Assembly: GCA_963828525.1 (NCBI GenBank)
Contig: CAWHEP010000011.1
Span: 160,001 to 224,000, forward strand
DNA: 64,000 bases
Direction: 5' to 3'
Source: an uncultured Verrucomicrobiae bacterium
GTDB lineage: Bacteria > Verrucomicrobiota > Verrucomicrobiia > Chthoniobacterales > Chthoniobacteraceae
Shown piece by piece: positions 29,907-40,180 of this stretch. How positions within the stretch are numbered: position 1 is the first letter of the stretch; every line of letters begins with the position of its first letter. A program made the position numbers and the translations under genes. The notes under the pieces were generated by a model. That model had not been told where the DNA came from, made no database searches, and saw nothing but the letters and a program-made list of their open reading frames with translations.

Positions 29907-31147
29907 CTCCAAACCGGATAATTCATGTGCCGCGTCGTTTCGTCGCGCATGAATGGGGAGGCACGGAAACCGTCGTCGGTTCGCTCGCCATCGAGCAGCA
30001 GAAAATGGGTCTGCGGCCTGAAATTCATACCTCCCTCGCGCTGAGCGATAACCGGCGGGAAGACTGGAATTCCGTGCCGATCCGCCGTTACTCATACCAG
30101 TATCCTTTTTTCGGACTAAACGCGGTGCAAAAGGCTCAGATGGACAAGAAGGGCGGCAATCTTCTTTCCCTGGGTCTATTTGCCTCGCTGGCTTGTGCCA
30201 GGGATGTTCGCGTCTTCCACGCGCATGCCCTGAAGCGGCTTGGTGGCGAAGTGCTGACCGCCGCGCGAATTCAACGGAAGCCTTTCATCGTCACCCTTCA
30301 TGGTGGTGTGTTCGATGTGCCTTCCGCCGAGTTGAGCCAGATGATGGAAGCGCAGAGCGGCAAGCTGGAGTGGGGAAAGATATTTGGCGCCCTGATGCGC
30401 TCGCGTCGTATCCTCGAAGACGCCGACGCGATCATCTGCGTCGGTCGCAGTGAGTATGATCATGCGTTGAAGTCTCTCAGCCACGACAGGATCCATCATG
30501 TCGGGAACGGCGTTGACGCGGGCCGCTTTGCCCGGGGAGACGGAACAGCCTTTCGCGCCACGAACCACATTCCGGCGGATGCGCTCGTCCTCGCCTGCTA
30601 CAGCCGATTCGACCCGCAGAAAGATCAGGGGACGCTAATTGAGGCGTTCGATATACTTGCTCCGGCGTTCCCCACGCTTCATCTGGTTCTGGCCGGTCCG
30701 AGTACGGTTCCCTCGTTTGTGCAAGGTTTGGATCAGCGCGTGGCAGCAAGCCCGTTCCACAGCAGGATTCGCCGCCTGGACTCGCTTCCTTTTGACGGTG
30801 ACGCCCTGGTCAACGCTTATCACGGTTGCGACATTTTCGTCCTTCCTTCCCGGCATGAGCCATTCGGCATTGTGGTGCTGGAAGCGTGGAGCGCGGGCAA
30901 GCCAGTCGTTGTCAGCCGGGTAGGCGGCTTGCAGCACCTGGTGGCGGAGAACAAGGATGGTCTATTTTTCACTTCGGGGGATGCGGAGCAGTGCGCCGCG
31001 GAGTTGCGCCAGTTGCTCGAAAGCACCGGTTTCAGGGAGAGCCTGGGAGAAGCGGGCCGGCGCAAAGCGGCGGAGACTTACTCCTGGGGGCAAATCGCCC
31101 GCCAGACTGAGGATATCTACAAGCGCGCTGAAGCTCGGCGGGGGTAA
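29903..31147 (+). CDS. GT4 glycosyltransferase
   Basis: WGGTETVV, SRFDPQKDQ, FVLPSRHEPFGIVVLEAW. Confidence 0.9.
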   Translation: MTPNRIIHVPRRFVAHEWGGTETVVGSLAIEQQKMGLRPEIHTSLALSDNRREDWNSVPIRRYSYQYPFFGLNAVQKAQMDKKGGNLLSLGLFASLACARDVRVFHAHALKRLGGEVLTAARIQRKPFIVTLHGGVFDVPSAELSQMMEAQSGKLEWGKIFGALMRSRRILEDADAIICVGRSEYDHALKSLSHDRIHHVGNGVDAGRFARGDGTAFRATNHIPADALVLACYSRFDPQKDQGTLIEAFDILAPAFPTLHLVLAGPSTVPSFVQGLDQRVAASPFHSRIRRLDSLPFDGDALVNAYHGCDIFVLPSRHEPFGIVVLEAWSAGKPVVVSRVGGLQHLVAENKDGLFFTSGDAEQCAAELRQLLESTGFRESLGEAGRRKAAETYSWGQIARQTEDIYKRAEARRG

Positions 31148-31246
31148 AGGGCGCAGGACAGTGGCAAACGGTTCGCTTCGCTTTGGAATGGTATCTGCCT
31201 GCAGGGGCCGGGGATTACAGATGGCAAACCTTAAGGGACTGCCGAG

Positions 31247-32602
31247 ATGACGACGATGGACTTCATCAAGGCGCCGATCATCCTCTTCGGCTACCTGCTC
31301 TTCGCGCCTTTGCTGGGGGTGCTTATCAAACAGTCAAGGAAGGGCCGGTGTTGCGTCTTCGGACTCATGGTCTTCATGACTTCGTGGCACATCAATAAAT
31401 TCACACTCATGCTCCTCTCCGTGGAAAAGTACCGGGGGCACACCAAAGGGTTTGAATTCTCGTTCATTGAGATTCTCGCGCTTTCGCTGATCGTCGCTTC
31501 CGTCCTGGGCCGCCAACCCAAGGATCCTCGCTGGAGGTGGCTTCCCCCCGGCACTTTGCTTTATCTGCTGTATTGCCTGCTCTCGTGGGCATCCATCTTC
31601 GGCGCGCCGAATTTCCTGTACGGCGTGATGGCCGGAGTTCGCTTCACGAAAGTGGTCGTTATCTTCATCGGAGCCTTCCACTTTATTCGCGAGGAGGAGG
31701 ATCTGGGCTTTCTGCTGAAGTCCATGTCTTTTACCCTGGGAGTGCAGTTGATGGTGGTGCTGAAGATGAAGTATGTGGATCACTTCTACCAGATACACGG
31801 CTGGTTCGAGCACCAGAACCCCCTCGCCATGTGGGCTTACCTTTGCGGGCTGCCTCTGCTGGCCTGCGCGATGAGCGATGTTCCCAAAGCCGACACGCGC
31901 TGGTATGCCGGCGGTTTCGCCGCCTCCGCCATCATCGTTCAGAGTTCGCTTTCCCGCGCCTCTCTCATGATGTTTGCCGCCGGGGTCATCCTGGTGGTGG
32001 CGTTTTCCATGGCGGATCGCTTCACGTCAAAACGCGTCTTTTTTGTGATCGGCATGTCAGTAGTCGGCTTCCTTGGCTTGCTCGCCTCGGCGCACACCAT
32101 CGTCGCCAGGTTCCACGATGAAGGTAACGAGGCAAGCGGCGAGACGCGCACCGTGATGAATCTCGCCGCCAAGGCAATGCTGCGCCATTCAGCGACTGGC
32201 ATCGGCTGGAATAACTTTGCCCTCGCGATCAACCATCCCTTTGAGTATGGAGATGTGATCGACGATTGGGAACGGGATCGAGGACACACAGTGGATGAGG
32301 ATTACGCAAAGGGAGTGGTCGAGAGCCATTACTGGCTGCTGCTCGCGGAGACGGGTTACGGGGGCCTGTCTACCTACCTCCTGTTTGCCGCGGCGGGCCT
32401 CTGGTGGTGCTTTCGTGGCGCTCTATTCTGGCGCGGACGTTTCCCCGCAGCTTTCCTCGGCGGGCTCTTCGTAGCTCTCCTTTTGACTTACGTTCACAGC
32501 AACCTGGAGCGCGTTCTGACCCAGACAAAGAACATGTCCATGTGGATGATTCTCCTCGCCGCCGCCGCGAGGCTTGATGTCTGGAGGCGGGCAAGCAAGT
32601 AA
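31247..32602 (+). CDS. O-antigen ligase/Wzy-like membrane protein
   Basis: Multi-TM, GWFEHQNPLA, SLSRAS, GIGWNNF, ESHYWLLLAETG. Confidence 0.8.
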   Translation: MTTMDFIKAPIILFGYLLFAPLLGVLIKQSRKGRCCVFGLMVFMTSWHINKFTLMLLSVEKYRGHTKGFEFSFIEILALSLIVASVLGRQPKDPRWRWLPPGTLLYLLYCLLSWASIFGAPNFLYGVMAGVRFTKVVVIFIGAFHFIREEEDLGFLLKSMSFTLGVQLMVVLKMKYVDHFYQIHGWFEHQNPLAMWAYLCGLPLLACAMSDVPKADTRWYAGGFAASAIIVQSSLSRASLMMFAAGVILVVAFSMADRFTSKRVFFVIGMSVVGFLGLLASAHTIVARFHDEGNEASGETRTVMNLAAKAMLRHSATGIGWNNFALAINHPFEYGDVIDDWERDRGHTVDEDYAKGVVESHYWLLLAETGYGGLSTYLLFAAAGLWWCFRGALFWRGRFPAAFLGGLFVALLLTYVHSNLERVLTQTKNMSMWMILLAAAARLDVWRRASK

Positions 32603-32603
32603 G

Positions 32604-32999
32604 ATGGGCATTCGGAGGCGCGCAATCTGGCTCGCCGCTTCGCTGGCGGTATTTGCCGCGGTGATTGGATCTTTTTATGTCATCCACTCGGGGATCACTG
32701 TCGCTGTTTACAACAACACCAGTCACCTCTTCCGACGCGTGACCGTGGCGGTTGGCGATGAGTCCCATGCAAGCGAGGGGCTGGATTGCAGGGAGAGCAT
32801 CGCTTTCACATTCAAGGCGCCGGATCATTCGCGCGATGTGCGGCTTATCGTGGACTCCGACGCGCCCGTTATATGGCACGCCCCCGCCCTGGCCTCTTCG
32901 AAAGTCGCCAGTATTACTTTGCGCGTGGACGATTACGGGGGTGTAACGATGAGTGTTGAAAATAGTTGGGGATTCACCCTATCGCGTCTGTTAGACTAG
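32604..32999 (+). CDS. membrane-anchored hypothetical protein
   Basis: N-terminal TM helix; directly follows the polymerase gene. Confidence 0.6.
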   Translation: MGIRRRAIWLAASLAVFAAVIGSFYVIHSGITVAVYNNTSHLFRRVTVAVGDESHASEGLDCRESIAFTFKAPDHSRDVRLIVDSDAPVIWHAPALASSKVASITLRVDDYGGVTMSVENSWGFTLSRLLD

Positions 33000-33002
33000 C
33001 GA

Positions 33003-33386
33003 ATGCCCGAAGACTTTTCTGAGTTGGATGGCCTGCCAGCGTTTGACCGGGATCGGTTCGATATCCTATCGGAGCTGAGTGATGATGGCGACTCGGGCAT
33101 CCTCAAGGAAATCACGCGCCAGTTTCTGGATGACGTTGAACCTATCGCCCGCAAGATCGATGAGGGGTGCGCTGTGGGTGAATCCATGCAGGTGGCACAT
33201 GAAGCGCACGCGTTGAAGGGTGGAGCCGGGCAGTTCGGATTGCTGAAGGTGGAAGAAGTTGCCCGTCGCCTCGAACTGGCCGCAAGGGCCGGGAAGTGGG
33301 ATGAAATCGAACGCTGGCGGGTGGAAATAAAAAAAGCGCTTCCAGAAGGGATTGAACCTCTGGAGCGCTTTGTTAAGGAAGTTTAG
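33003..33386 (+). CDS. Hpt (histidine phosphotransfer) domain protein
   Basis: AHEAHALKGGAGQFG motif. Confidence 0.88.
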   Translation: MPEDFSELDGLPAFDRDRFDILSELSDDGDSGILKEITRQFLDDVEPIARKIDEGCAVGESMQVAHEAHALKGGAGQFGLLKVEEVARRLELAARAGKWDEIERWRVEIKKALPEGIEPLERFVKEV

Positions 33387-33394
33387 GCTGAGGG

Positions 33395-34336
33395 TTAGCG
33401 CGATGCCGAGCTGCGGTTTCTGGCCTGCCAGCCAACGACTGCCAGGAAGCTGAGCAGCACCAACCAGGTGCGAGGCTCAGGGGCTGCGACAATCCCGCGA
33501 CTGTTTACCGGGCCGCTGCCCTGCACAATCTGGTTATAGATCGCGTTGTTCGCGGTGAGATGATCCCGGGCGGGAGCGCTTCCAGCGTCTTGCGTGACAA
33601 CCATGTGGTCGATGAGGAACCCTGTAGGATTCTTGTCATATGCATAATGTCCGTTCACCAACTGATCGTTGTTGTTCGCCACAATCATGTCCAGGAGCGC
33701 GCCGTCTTTAGGGCTGAAGTTAAAGTGATACCCCATTTGTCCAGCGTTGTTCCAGGTTTCCTGTGTCGCGAAAGGCTGGAGCAGGAAGCTCTTTGCCGCC
33801 ACCGAGCCGCCCACCGCCATCTCAAAATGGTTATCCGCGTTGATCTCGCCGATACTCACATGTACTTCGCCACCATTCGGGTTGATGTAGCTGGAGAGGT
33901 TCAGCCGAAAGTCGTAATTGCCCGGCGGGTTAATTGGCGTTCCGCCATTCGCTTGCTTAGGCTCAGCGGCGATCCACTGCGCGCCGTCATGCGGGTTGTA
34001 CCAGCCTGGGCGATTTGCTCCGCTCACCACGTAAGCATCCGTGCCGATGGGGAGTGTGGCGCTCGGCGACGAGATCAATCCGGAGATTGCTGCGTTCGGG
34101 TTTGAAACCGAACTGCCAAATACCTGCCCCCTGGTCAGACCGTATGAATCGGTGAATCCCTCGAATTGCCAGTTGGTGTCCTGGGTTACCGCGCTGGAGC
34201 CGGCGCCCGTCGTCAGGAGGTTATTGTTGAAGCCATTCACCCCTGTGGAGGAGCTAAACAGCGTTGTCTCTGCGCTCGCCCCGGAGGCGGCGGTGAGCAG
34301 GGTTAGTATCAGCAGGTTTTTAATGGAATAGGTCAT
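33395..34336 (-). CDS. PEP-CTERM sorting-domain protein
   Basis: Signal peptide; ADNH...NPTGF beta-sandwich motifs; AAPEPRTWLVLLSFLAVVGWQARNR tail. Confidence 0.88.
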   Translation of the reverse strand: MTYSIKNLLILTLLTAASGASAETTLFSSSTGVNGFNNNLLTTGAGSSAVTQDTNWQFEGFTDSYGLTRGQVFGSSVSNPNAAISGLISSPSATLPIGTDAYVVSGANRPGWYNPHDGAQWIAAEPKQANGGTPINPPGNYDFRLNLSSYINPNGGEVHVSIGEINADNHFEMAVGGSVAAKSFLLQPFATQETWNNAGQMGYHFNFSPKDGALLDMIVANNNDQLVNGHYAYDKNPTGFLIDHMVVTQDAGSAPARDHLTANNAIYNQIVQGSGPVNSRGIVAAPEPRTWLVLLSFLAVVGWQARNRSSASR

Positions 34337-34349
34337 GGGTAGAACGTTT

Positions 34350-34365
34350 AGCAGCCCCCATGCCA
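34350..34365 (-). promoter_or_regulatory. sigma54 (-24/-12) promoter candidate
   Basis: Minus strand TGGCATGGGGGCTGCT (GG-N10-GC) just upstream of the PEP-CTERM ATG. Confidence 0.55.
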
Positions 34366-34513
34366 GTAAATATGGTAATTATAGTACTTGATAAACTTCT
34401 GCGTCGGGATCGCTAAACGATCTCCCCTACACGCAGATTCCCCCACCGGTAGGGGAGGACCTCCTCATTCTTGAGAAGCACCGGATCACTTTTGCGAGAT
34501 GATACGCGATACC

Positions 34514-35125
34514 CTAGCCTGCGTTCCTTAGGCGGGGAGTCAATTCTGTGAGGAGCAAAGCAACCGACTCCTCCACAGTGACAACAGCGGTATGCGCGGT
34601 GATGTCGGGGGTCGCCGGGGCTTCGTACGGGGCATCGATCCCCGTAAAATCCTTGATCTCGCCTGATCTGGCCTTCTTATACAGATCCTTGGGGTCACGC
34701 CGCTCGCATACATCCAGCGGCGCGTTTACAAAAATCTCGATGAATTCGATGCCTCCTTCTTGAGCGATCTCCCTCGCCCGCGCTCGGTCTTCACGGTAGG
34801 GCGAGATGAACGCGGCGATCACCACCGTGCCCGCTTCGGCCATCAACCGCGCGACTTCGGCCACTCGCCGGATATTCTCGATGCGATCCGCGTGTGAAAA
34901 GCCGAGATTGGAGTTCAGGCCGTGCCGGATGTTGTCCCCGTCCAGCACATAGGTATGCATAGACTGGCGAAACAGCTCACTTTCCAGCCGCCGCGCAATG
35001 CTCGACTTTCCCGAGCCGGAGAGCCCAGTCAGCCACACGACCGCCCCCTTGTGGCCGTTGCGCAGCCAGCGATCCGCGGCTGATACATGGCCTTCCGACC
35101 ACGAGATGTTACTGCTTTTGATCAA
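34514..35125 (-). CDS. cysC: adenylyl-sulfate kinase
   Basis: [43 protein letters not shown]. Confidence 0.95.
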   Translation of the reverse strand: MIKSSNISWSEGHVSAADRWLRNGHKGAVVWLTGLSGSGKSSIARRLESELFRQSMHTYVLDGDNIRHGLNSNLGFSHADRIENIRRVAEVARLMAEAGTVVIAAFISPYREDRARAREIAQEGGIEFIEIFVNAPLDVCERRDPKDLYKKARSGEIKDFTGIDAPYEAPATPDITAHTAVVTVEESVALLLTELTPRLRNAG

Positions 35126-35214
35126 TCGCGCATCTTTGACAGGATGATTAGGGTTGCGCTCGAAGGATGAAGAGAGCCTGTGCTTTGCGCGCCCCGAAGT
35201 CCGGGGCTCTCGTC

Positions 35215-37200
35215 CTACGCCAGCTCCTGCGCGGCTTTTAGCACTGCGTCAGCCGTAATCCCCAGTGCCTGCATAACCTTGTCTCCGGGGCCGCTGAGGC
35301 CGAACTTCTCCAAGCCCACCACTTTTCCATCCAGCCCCACATAGCGGAACCATAAATTTGGGGTGCCGGCTTCGATGGCGACCCGCCGGCGGCAGGAAGG
35401 AGGCAAAACTTCATCCTTGTAAGCTTCCGACTCCCGGTTAAAGCGCTCGAAACAGGGCATCGAGACTACGCGCGTCCCCGCGCCCAGTTTTTCCGCCGCC
35501 GCGAGGGCGTGCTGCAACTCGCTGCCACAGGAGAGTATGATCGTCTCCAGTACGCCCGTCTCCTTTAAAGCGACATAGCCGCCGCGCGCCACTCCCTCGC
35601 GGCGCAACTTAACAGGAATCTTCGTGAGCATCGGGACGTTCTGCCGCGTCAACGCGAGCAGTGTCGGGCTGTCGGTCCGGCTGAGCGCGGCTACAAATGC
35701 TCCGGCAGTCTCCTCCGGATCGGCGGGGCGGATAACATCCAGGTTTGGGATCAGCCTCAGAGAACTTACCGTCTCCACGGGCTCGTGCGTCGGTCCATCT
35801 TCGCCCACCCCGATTGAGTCGTGGGTATATATATAGAGGACAGGCAAATTCGCGAGTGAGGCCAGCCGCATTGATGGTCTCGAATAATCGGCGAATACCA
35901 GGAACGTGGCGCCTGAAGGGCGGAAAATGCCGTCATACCCGAAGCCGTTCAGGATCGCCGCCATACCATGTTCGCGGATGCCGAAATGGATGTTGCGACC
36001 CGCATGGTTGTTCCGGGTGAAATCGCCGCCATCCTTGATGTAGTTCAGCGTTGAACCATGCAGATCCGCGCTGCCGCTGATCAGCAAAGGCATGGCCGCC
36101 GCGATCGGCTGGAGCACTTCGCTCCCCGCCTTGCGAGTCGCGATCTTCTGGTCAGGCGCAAACTCCGGGATTCGGGCTAGCAGGTCGGACGGGATTTCTT
36201 TGTTCTCTCCCATGTCCAGCAGGCTCGCCAACTCGGGATTCTCGCTCCGCCATTCTTTATAGTCCGCCTTCCACTTGTCGTATTTCTCGATGAGCTTCTT
36301 CTTGTGCCCCGCGAAATAGGCGCGCACCTCCGGGGAGACATAGAAATGCTCATCTGGAAGACCCAGCCCCTTCCGCGCGGCATCCACGAACTTCGCGCCG
36401 CCTTCACCGTGCGCCTTGCTCGTTCCCTCCACCTCCGGAATGCCACGTCCGATGATCGTCTTGGCGATGATCATATGAGGCTTGCCGTTTGCCAGCTTGG
36501 CCTTCTCTACCGCTTCGAGGAAGGCGACCATGTCATGCCCATCCACGTGCTGCACATCAAAGCCGTACGCCTCAAATCGCTTTGCCGTGTCCTCACTCTG
36601 CGTCACGCTCGCCATTGCGTCCAGCGTCACCGCATTGGAGTCATAGATGAAAATCAGGTTATCCAGCCCGAAATGCCCCGCGAACGCGGCCGCCTCGTGG
36701 GAGATGCCCTCCTGCAGGCATCCATCGCCCGCCAGGCAGAAAATGTGATTGTCGAAGATGGTGTGCTTTGCCGTGTTGAATCGGGCGGCAGCCATCTTTT
36801 GTGATACGGCGTATCCCACCGCGTTCCCCGTGCCTTGCCCGAGCGGCCCAGTGGTTGCTTCGACTCCCGGCGTTTCGAAATGCTCCGGATGTCCCGGAGT
36901 GTGGCTCCCCAACTGGCGGAACTTCTTCACCTGCTCCAGCGGCAGATCGAACCCAGCGAGATGAAGCCACGCGTACAGGAACATGCTCCCATGTCCCGCC
37001 GAAAGGATGAACCGATCCCGGTTTAGCCAATCCGGCTTATCCGGGTTGTAGTTTAGCGCGTGCCCGTAAAGGACAGCGCCCATATCCGCGCAGCCGAGCG
37101 GCAGACCCAGGTGACCCGACTTGCACGTTTCCACGGCGTCCATTGCCAGCCCGCGCGCTTCGTTCGCCGCGCGTGAAAGGATTTCGAGATTCATATTCAT
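35215..37200 (-). CDS. tkt: transketolase
   Basis: [39 protein letters not shown]. Confidence 0.97.
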   Translation of the reverse strand: MNMNLEILSRAANEARGLAMDAVETCKSGHLGLPLGCADMGAVLYGHALNYNPDKPDWLNRDRFILSAGHGSMFLYAWLHLAGFDLPLEQVKKFRQLGSHTPGHPEHFETPGVEATTGPLGQGTGNAVGYAVSQKMAAARFNTAKHTIFDNHIFCLAGDGCLQEGISHEAAAFAGHFGLDNLIFIYDSNAVTLDAMASVTQSEDTAKRFEAYGFDVQHVDGHDMVAFLEAVEKAKLANGKPHMIIAKTIIGRGIPEVEGTSKAHGEGGAKFVDAARKGLGLPDEHFYVSPEVRAYFAGHKKKLIEKYDKWKADYKEWRSENPELASLLDMGENKEIPSDLLARIPEFAPDQKIATRKAGSEVLQPIAAAMPLLISGSADLHGSTLNYIKDGGDFTRNNHAGRNIHFGIREHGMAAILNGFGYDGIFRPSGATFLVFADYSRPSMRLASLANLPVLYIYTHDSIGVGEDGPTHEPVETVSSLRLIPNLDVIRPADPEETAGAFVAALSRTDSPTLLALTRQNVPMLTKIPVKLRREGVARGGYVALKETGVLETIILSCGSELQHALAAAEKLGAGTRVVSMPCFERFNRESEAYKDEVLPPSCRRRVAIEAGTPNLWFRYVGLDGKVVGLEKFGLSGPGDKVMQALGITADAVLKAAQELA

Positions 37201-37294
37201 AGGAGTAGGAAGGGTATGGCCTCGGTGAGCCTCCGCAAGACTAGGATTTCGATATTCGAAGTCAAAGCAGTTTTCACCGGGGGATGTGGGCGGT

Positions 37295-37966
37295 TCAACT
37301 GGATGGGAGGAGGCGTCGAAGCTCACGTTGTCCGCTCTGAGCAGCAAGCCGAAGCGCGCACCTATTCGTAAAGGCTTCCTCATGGCGCCGCCTCCAAGTC
37401 GTCAAACGGGGTTCGTGGTCTTCAGAGAAGTAACTCGCGGTGTTTTTGGGCGAGTAGTTTTTCTGCCAGATTATTGTCGCGACGAAATTCTCCTCCCCGA
37501 AAATCTCATCCAGCATTGCTCGTAGCCGGTGAACCTCGTTGTCGTCGATAGAGACGAAGATAGCGCCATCTTCGGCGAGGAGTTCCTTGAGGAGCTGGAT
37601 ACGGGGCCACATCATGCAGAGCCATTTGTCGTGGCGCTGGAGGTCGTCTCGCTCGACCGGGTTGCCAGACTTTTTCAACCACTCGCGCATGAGAGGGGCG
37701 TTCACGGCATCGTTGTAGCACCAGCCTTCGGTGCCGGTGTTGTAGGGCGGGTCGATGTAGATGCAGTCCACCCGCCCGGCGTAGCGCGGGAGGAGGGCCT
37801 TGAGGGCCTCGAGATTGTCGCCGTGGAGGATGAGGTTGTCGTCGAGGTCAGGCTGTGTGCCCTCAGCCGCACAGCTTTTCTCCGGCACCACGAGCAAATC
37901 GCGATACGGCACGCCAAGGTGGTGCGTGTAGACGAAGCTTTTCCCTTTGAAATCAAGTAACGGCAT
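37295..37966 (-). pseudogene. truncated type III restriction-modification Mod (N6-adenine methyltransferase)
   Basis: MPLLDFKGK, NLILHGDNLEALKAL, IYIDPPYNTG, RHDKWLCMMWPR, FVSIDDNE. Homology appears to end at FSEDHE (~37410); no FxGxG SAM motif and no res gene. Confidence 0.85.
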
Positions 37967-39044
37967 ATTTTGGCGACGGCTAAGGATTGGCTCTACTCGG
38001 AACAAGGTTGCTGGAGCGGAGTGGGATTTACAAGGCTGGAGCGAAGGGACTCCCCGACATCTCTGAACGTTCTCGATGGTCCGGGGGGGAGAAACTACGC
38101 GGAAGACGCGTCGCGGAAGGGACGGGCGAATGGGAAGCCGAAGAGGAACTGTCGCGTTCACGGAGGTAAAGCGATCATTAACCAGCAGATGCAGAAAGAA
38201 AGCGCAAGGAAGAGGTATATCGCGCGCACGCAACTTGGAAGTCTTTGGAAGGAGGTATGCCGGGCGCGCGGAACAGGAACGAAGGCAGATACAGAAACAG
38301 GATAACCGCGAATAGCGGGAACAATGCCGAGAAAAGCAGTTGCTTAAGGATCGCGCTGATCATGGTTGCGACACAATCACGCAATCAGACCTCGAATGCT
38401 GACCCGAAGCGCATCGACGTCTCATCGCGATTCGATCGCTACAGGAGGCTCAGGCTGGCCGAATGCCACAAGCGCGATCAGGGAAGCCACAAGGACACCT
38501 GCGAACCAGACAGCGCCAAAAGCGTTCAGCAGTCTCATCTCGCCAAACTAAGCGACGGCAAATTCAAGTCGAACGATTTCGCTGAGCGCGCTCGCCAGCG
38601 TTGAAGAAGTCGCCGCGTGACAAGCAACTCCACGGAGAGCACCACGGCCGCAAGCAACGCCCGCGTATCCGTCAGTTTCCCCATCATCCTTCGCCCAAGC
38701 GCGGGTCCGACCGGATTGAGAATCTCCGCCGTGCTCATTGCGCGTTCCTCCCCGCGATGCGATATTTGAGGCGTGAACCGGAAGCCCAAAGCATTCCACA
38801 AGCCGCCGCGCGAACTTCGCGAAGCTCAGGCCCTGCCTCCCGAGAAGCGCCGGGCAAAGCGCAATGTGCGGATCGTGGTCGGGCAGTGGTAATCACTTTT
38901 CGACCTCCTTCACAAGTTACCTCGACATGGCCGGATGTGGCCGTGTCTGACTCCACCCGCCACCTCACAACCTCGAACGTTGTTCCGTGGATTGTGATAC
39001 ACTCCGCGTCCGTCGCGGTTGCCGCATTGAGTTAAAAAGGAATG

Positions 39045-39135
39045 ATCGGAAAATGAATCAACCGCAGGATCCTGGTTGTTGCACGTAAGACGAGGCATCG
39101 AAGCCTTGCGCTTGAGACGATGTGGAAGAAGGAAG
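39045..39135 (+). pseudogene. C-terminal remnant of a PBECR3-like ribonuclease domain
   Basis: K*INRRILVVARKTRHRSLALETMWKK resembles the ..L.TMWK end of PBECR3 domains; followed by the T-S-E-T (acctccgaaacg) tail. Recognised by eye. Confidence 0.5.
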
Positions 39136-39138
39136 GGC

Positions 39139-39200
39139 GAGTGTCCAGGGGCCGCATGCAGGAATCCTTTGGCGTACCTCCGAAACGCCCCAGACATCTC
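39139..39200 (+). ncRNA. putative structured RNA element following the PBECR3-like remnant
   Basis: Closing stem GAGTGTC-ca-GGGG / CCCC-a-GACA-t-CTC enclosing a GCC/GGC stem and the TCCGAAACG motif. Confidence 0.4.
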
Positions 39201-39247
39201 ACGCGTGCAGGATAGCGGGACTGAGGACGGTTTTCAACTTTTCACTC

Positions 39248-39450
39248 ATGAGCCTGGTGATCGGTCTTGCAACCCGAAATTGGCTCGCAGTTGATTTGAC
39301 AGGATTGAGTCGGCTTGCCTGCCTTCCGCGGAATTGCATGAGTCCATCGCGGCGGAAGGCGGTCGCGCTGGTGAAAGAGGTGTTTGAGGAGCGGGCCGGG
39401 ACTAGCAGAACGTGCTGAAGCGTAAGCCTTGGGCGCCATTCGCTTTTAAC
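39248..39450 (+). repeat. degenerate repeat unit A copy 1 (phage morphogenesis/MuF-like coding fragment)
   Basis: Aligns with 40181-40382; encodes ..ESACLPS.ELHESIAAE.V.LVKE.FEERAG..QNVLKRKPWAPFAFNS with frameshifts. Confidence 0.8.
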
Positions 39451-39516
39451 TCGCGATGGCAAAGCATACGACGCGGACGCGCCGGGCTGCCCATCGCGGT
39501 GGCTACGAAAAGGGGA

Positions 39517-39657
39517 GGCGGGTGAGCCGGTGAATGTCTTCGTTACATCCGGTTCTACGCAAGTAGCCCTACAGTTTGGTGCGGGCTACCTGGTTGCCGC
39601 CAACGGGTCGATCCTACCGCCTTCTTCGCGTCCGCGCTATCAAATGCTCGCAAACGC
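39517..39657 (+). repeat. repeat unit C copy 1; putative three-way-junction RNA at 39517-39601
   Basis: Stems GGCGG/CCGCC, GAGCCGG/CCGGTTC with inner ATGT/ACAT, and GTAGCCC/GGGCTAC. The first 83 nt from 39523 differ from 41226 onward at only 3 positions. Confidence 0.8.
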
Positions 39658-39819
39658 TGAGGGTTCGGAGGGGACGCGGGTTATTCGGAACAGGATCGCT
39701 GGGGTGCTGGAGTTTCTGGCGAATGCAGGCTACAATCCGATGCAGCCGAGGGACAAGAGGAAGTTCGCGGGCTATAACAGCCCCGCTGAAGGAGGCGCTG
39801 GGGGAAGACTTCATCCTTA

Positions 39820-40180
39820 GATGACACGAAGCCGATCACGCCTGACGACGCTGCGCGACTGATGCTTGCGCATCCAGATCATCCAGCGACGGTGGCTTTT
39901 CGCACCTACTTCAACAGTGGCATGAAAGGAATTACCGAGACGCAGGGAAAGCTGATCGACAGAACACTAAGAAGACTACCTCCCTATCAGCCCGGTGTGC
40001 CCCTCTACAGGGGCATAGAGACTGCGGGGGCTCCGCAGAGGGATGCGCTTGCAGGTAGAATATGGGCAGAAAAGAGGGTTGCGATGAAGGCCTGGGTAAC
40101 AAGTGCTCCAAAGGACAGCCGTATCGCCGCCGCATTTGCCAAGAGCCACGGGATCATCCTGGCGGCTATGAAGGTGAAAC
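39820..40180 (+). pseudogene. ADP-ribosyltransferase-like toxin domain fragment
   Basis: LIDRTLRRLPPYQPGVPLYRGI...WVTSAPKDSRIAAAFA...GIIL resembles the R and S-x-S motifs of ART toxins; runs into repeat unit A before any catalytic Glu. Confidence 0.55.

Noticed and set aside
37200..37383. 60-aa N-terminal extension of transketolase
   Set aside because: Homology begins at [12 protein letters not shown]; the extension overlaps the end of the Mod pseudogene.
38178..38700. Membrane protein gene on the minus strand
   Set aside because: Only scattered hydrophobic stretches with many stops; I cannot support a call.
39139..39200. Hammerhead ribozyme suggested by CGAAAC
   Set aside because: No CUGANGA core in the required position.
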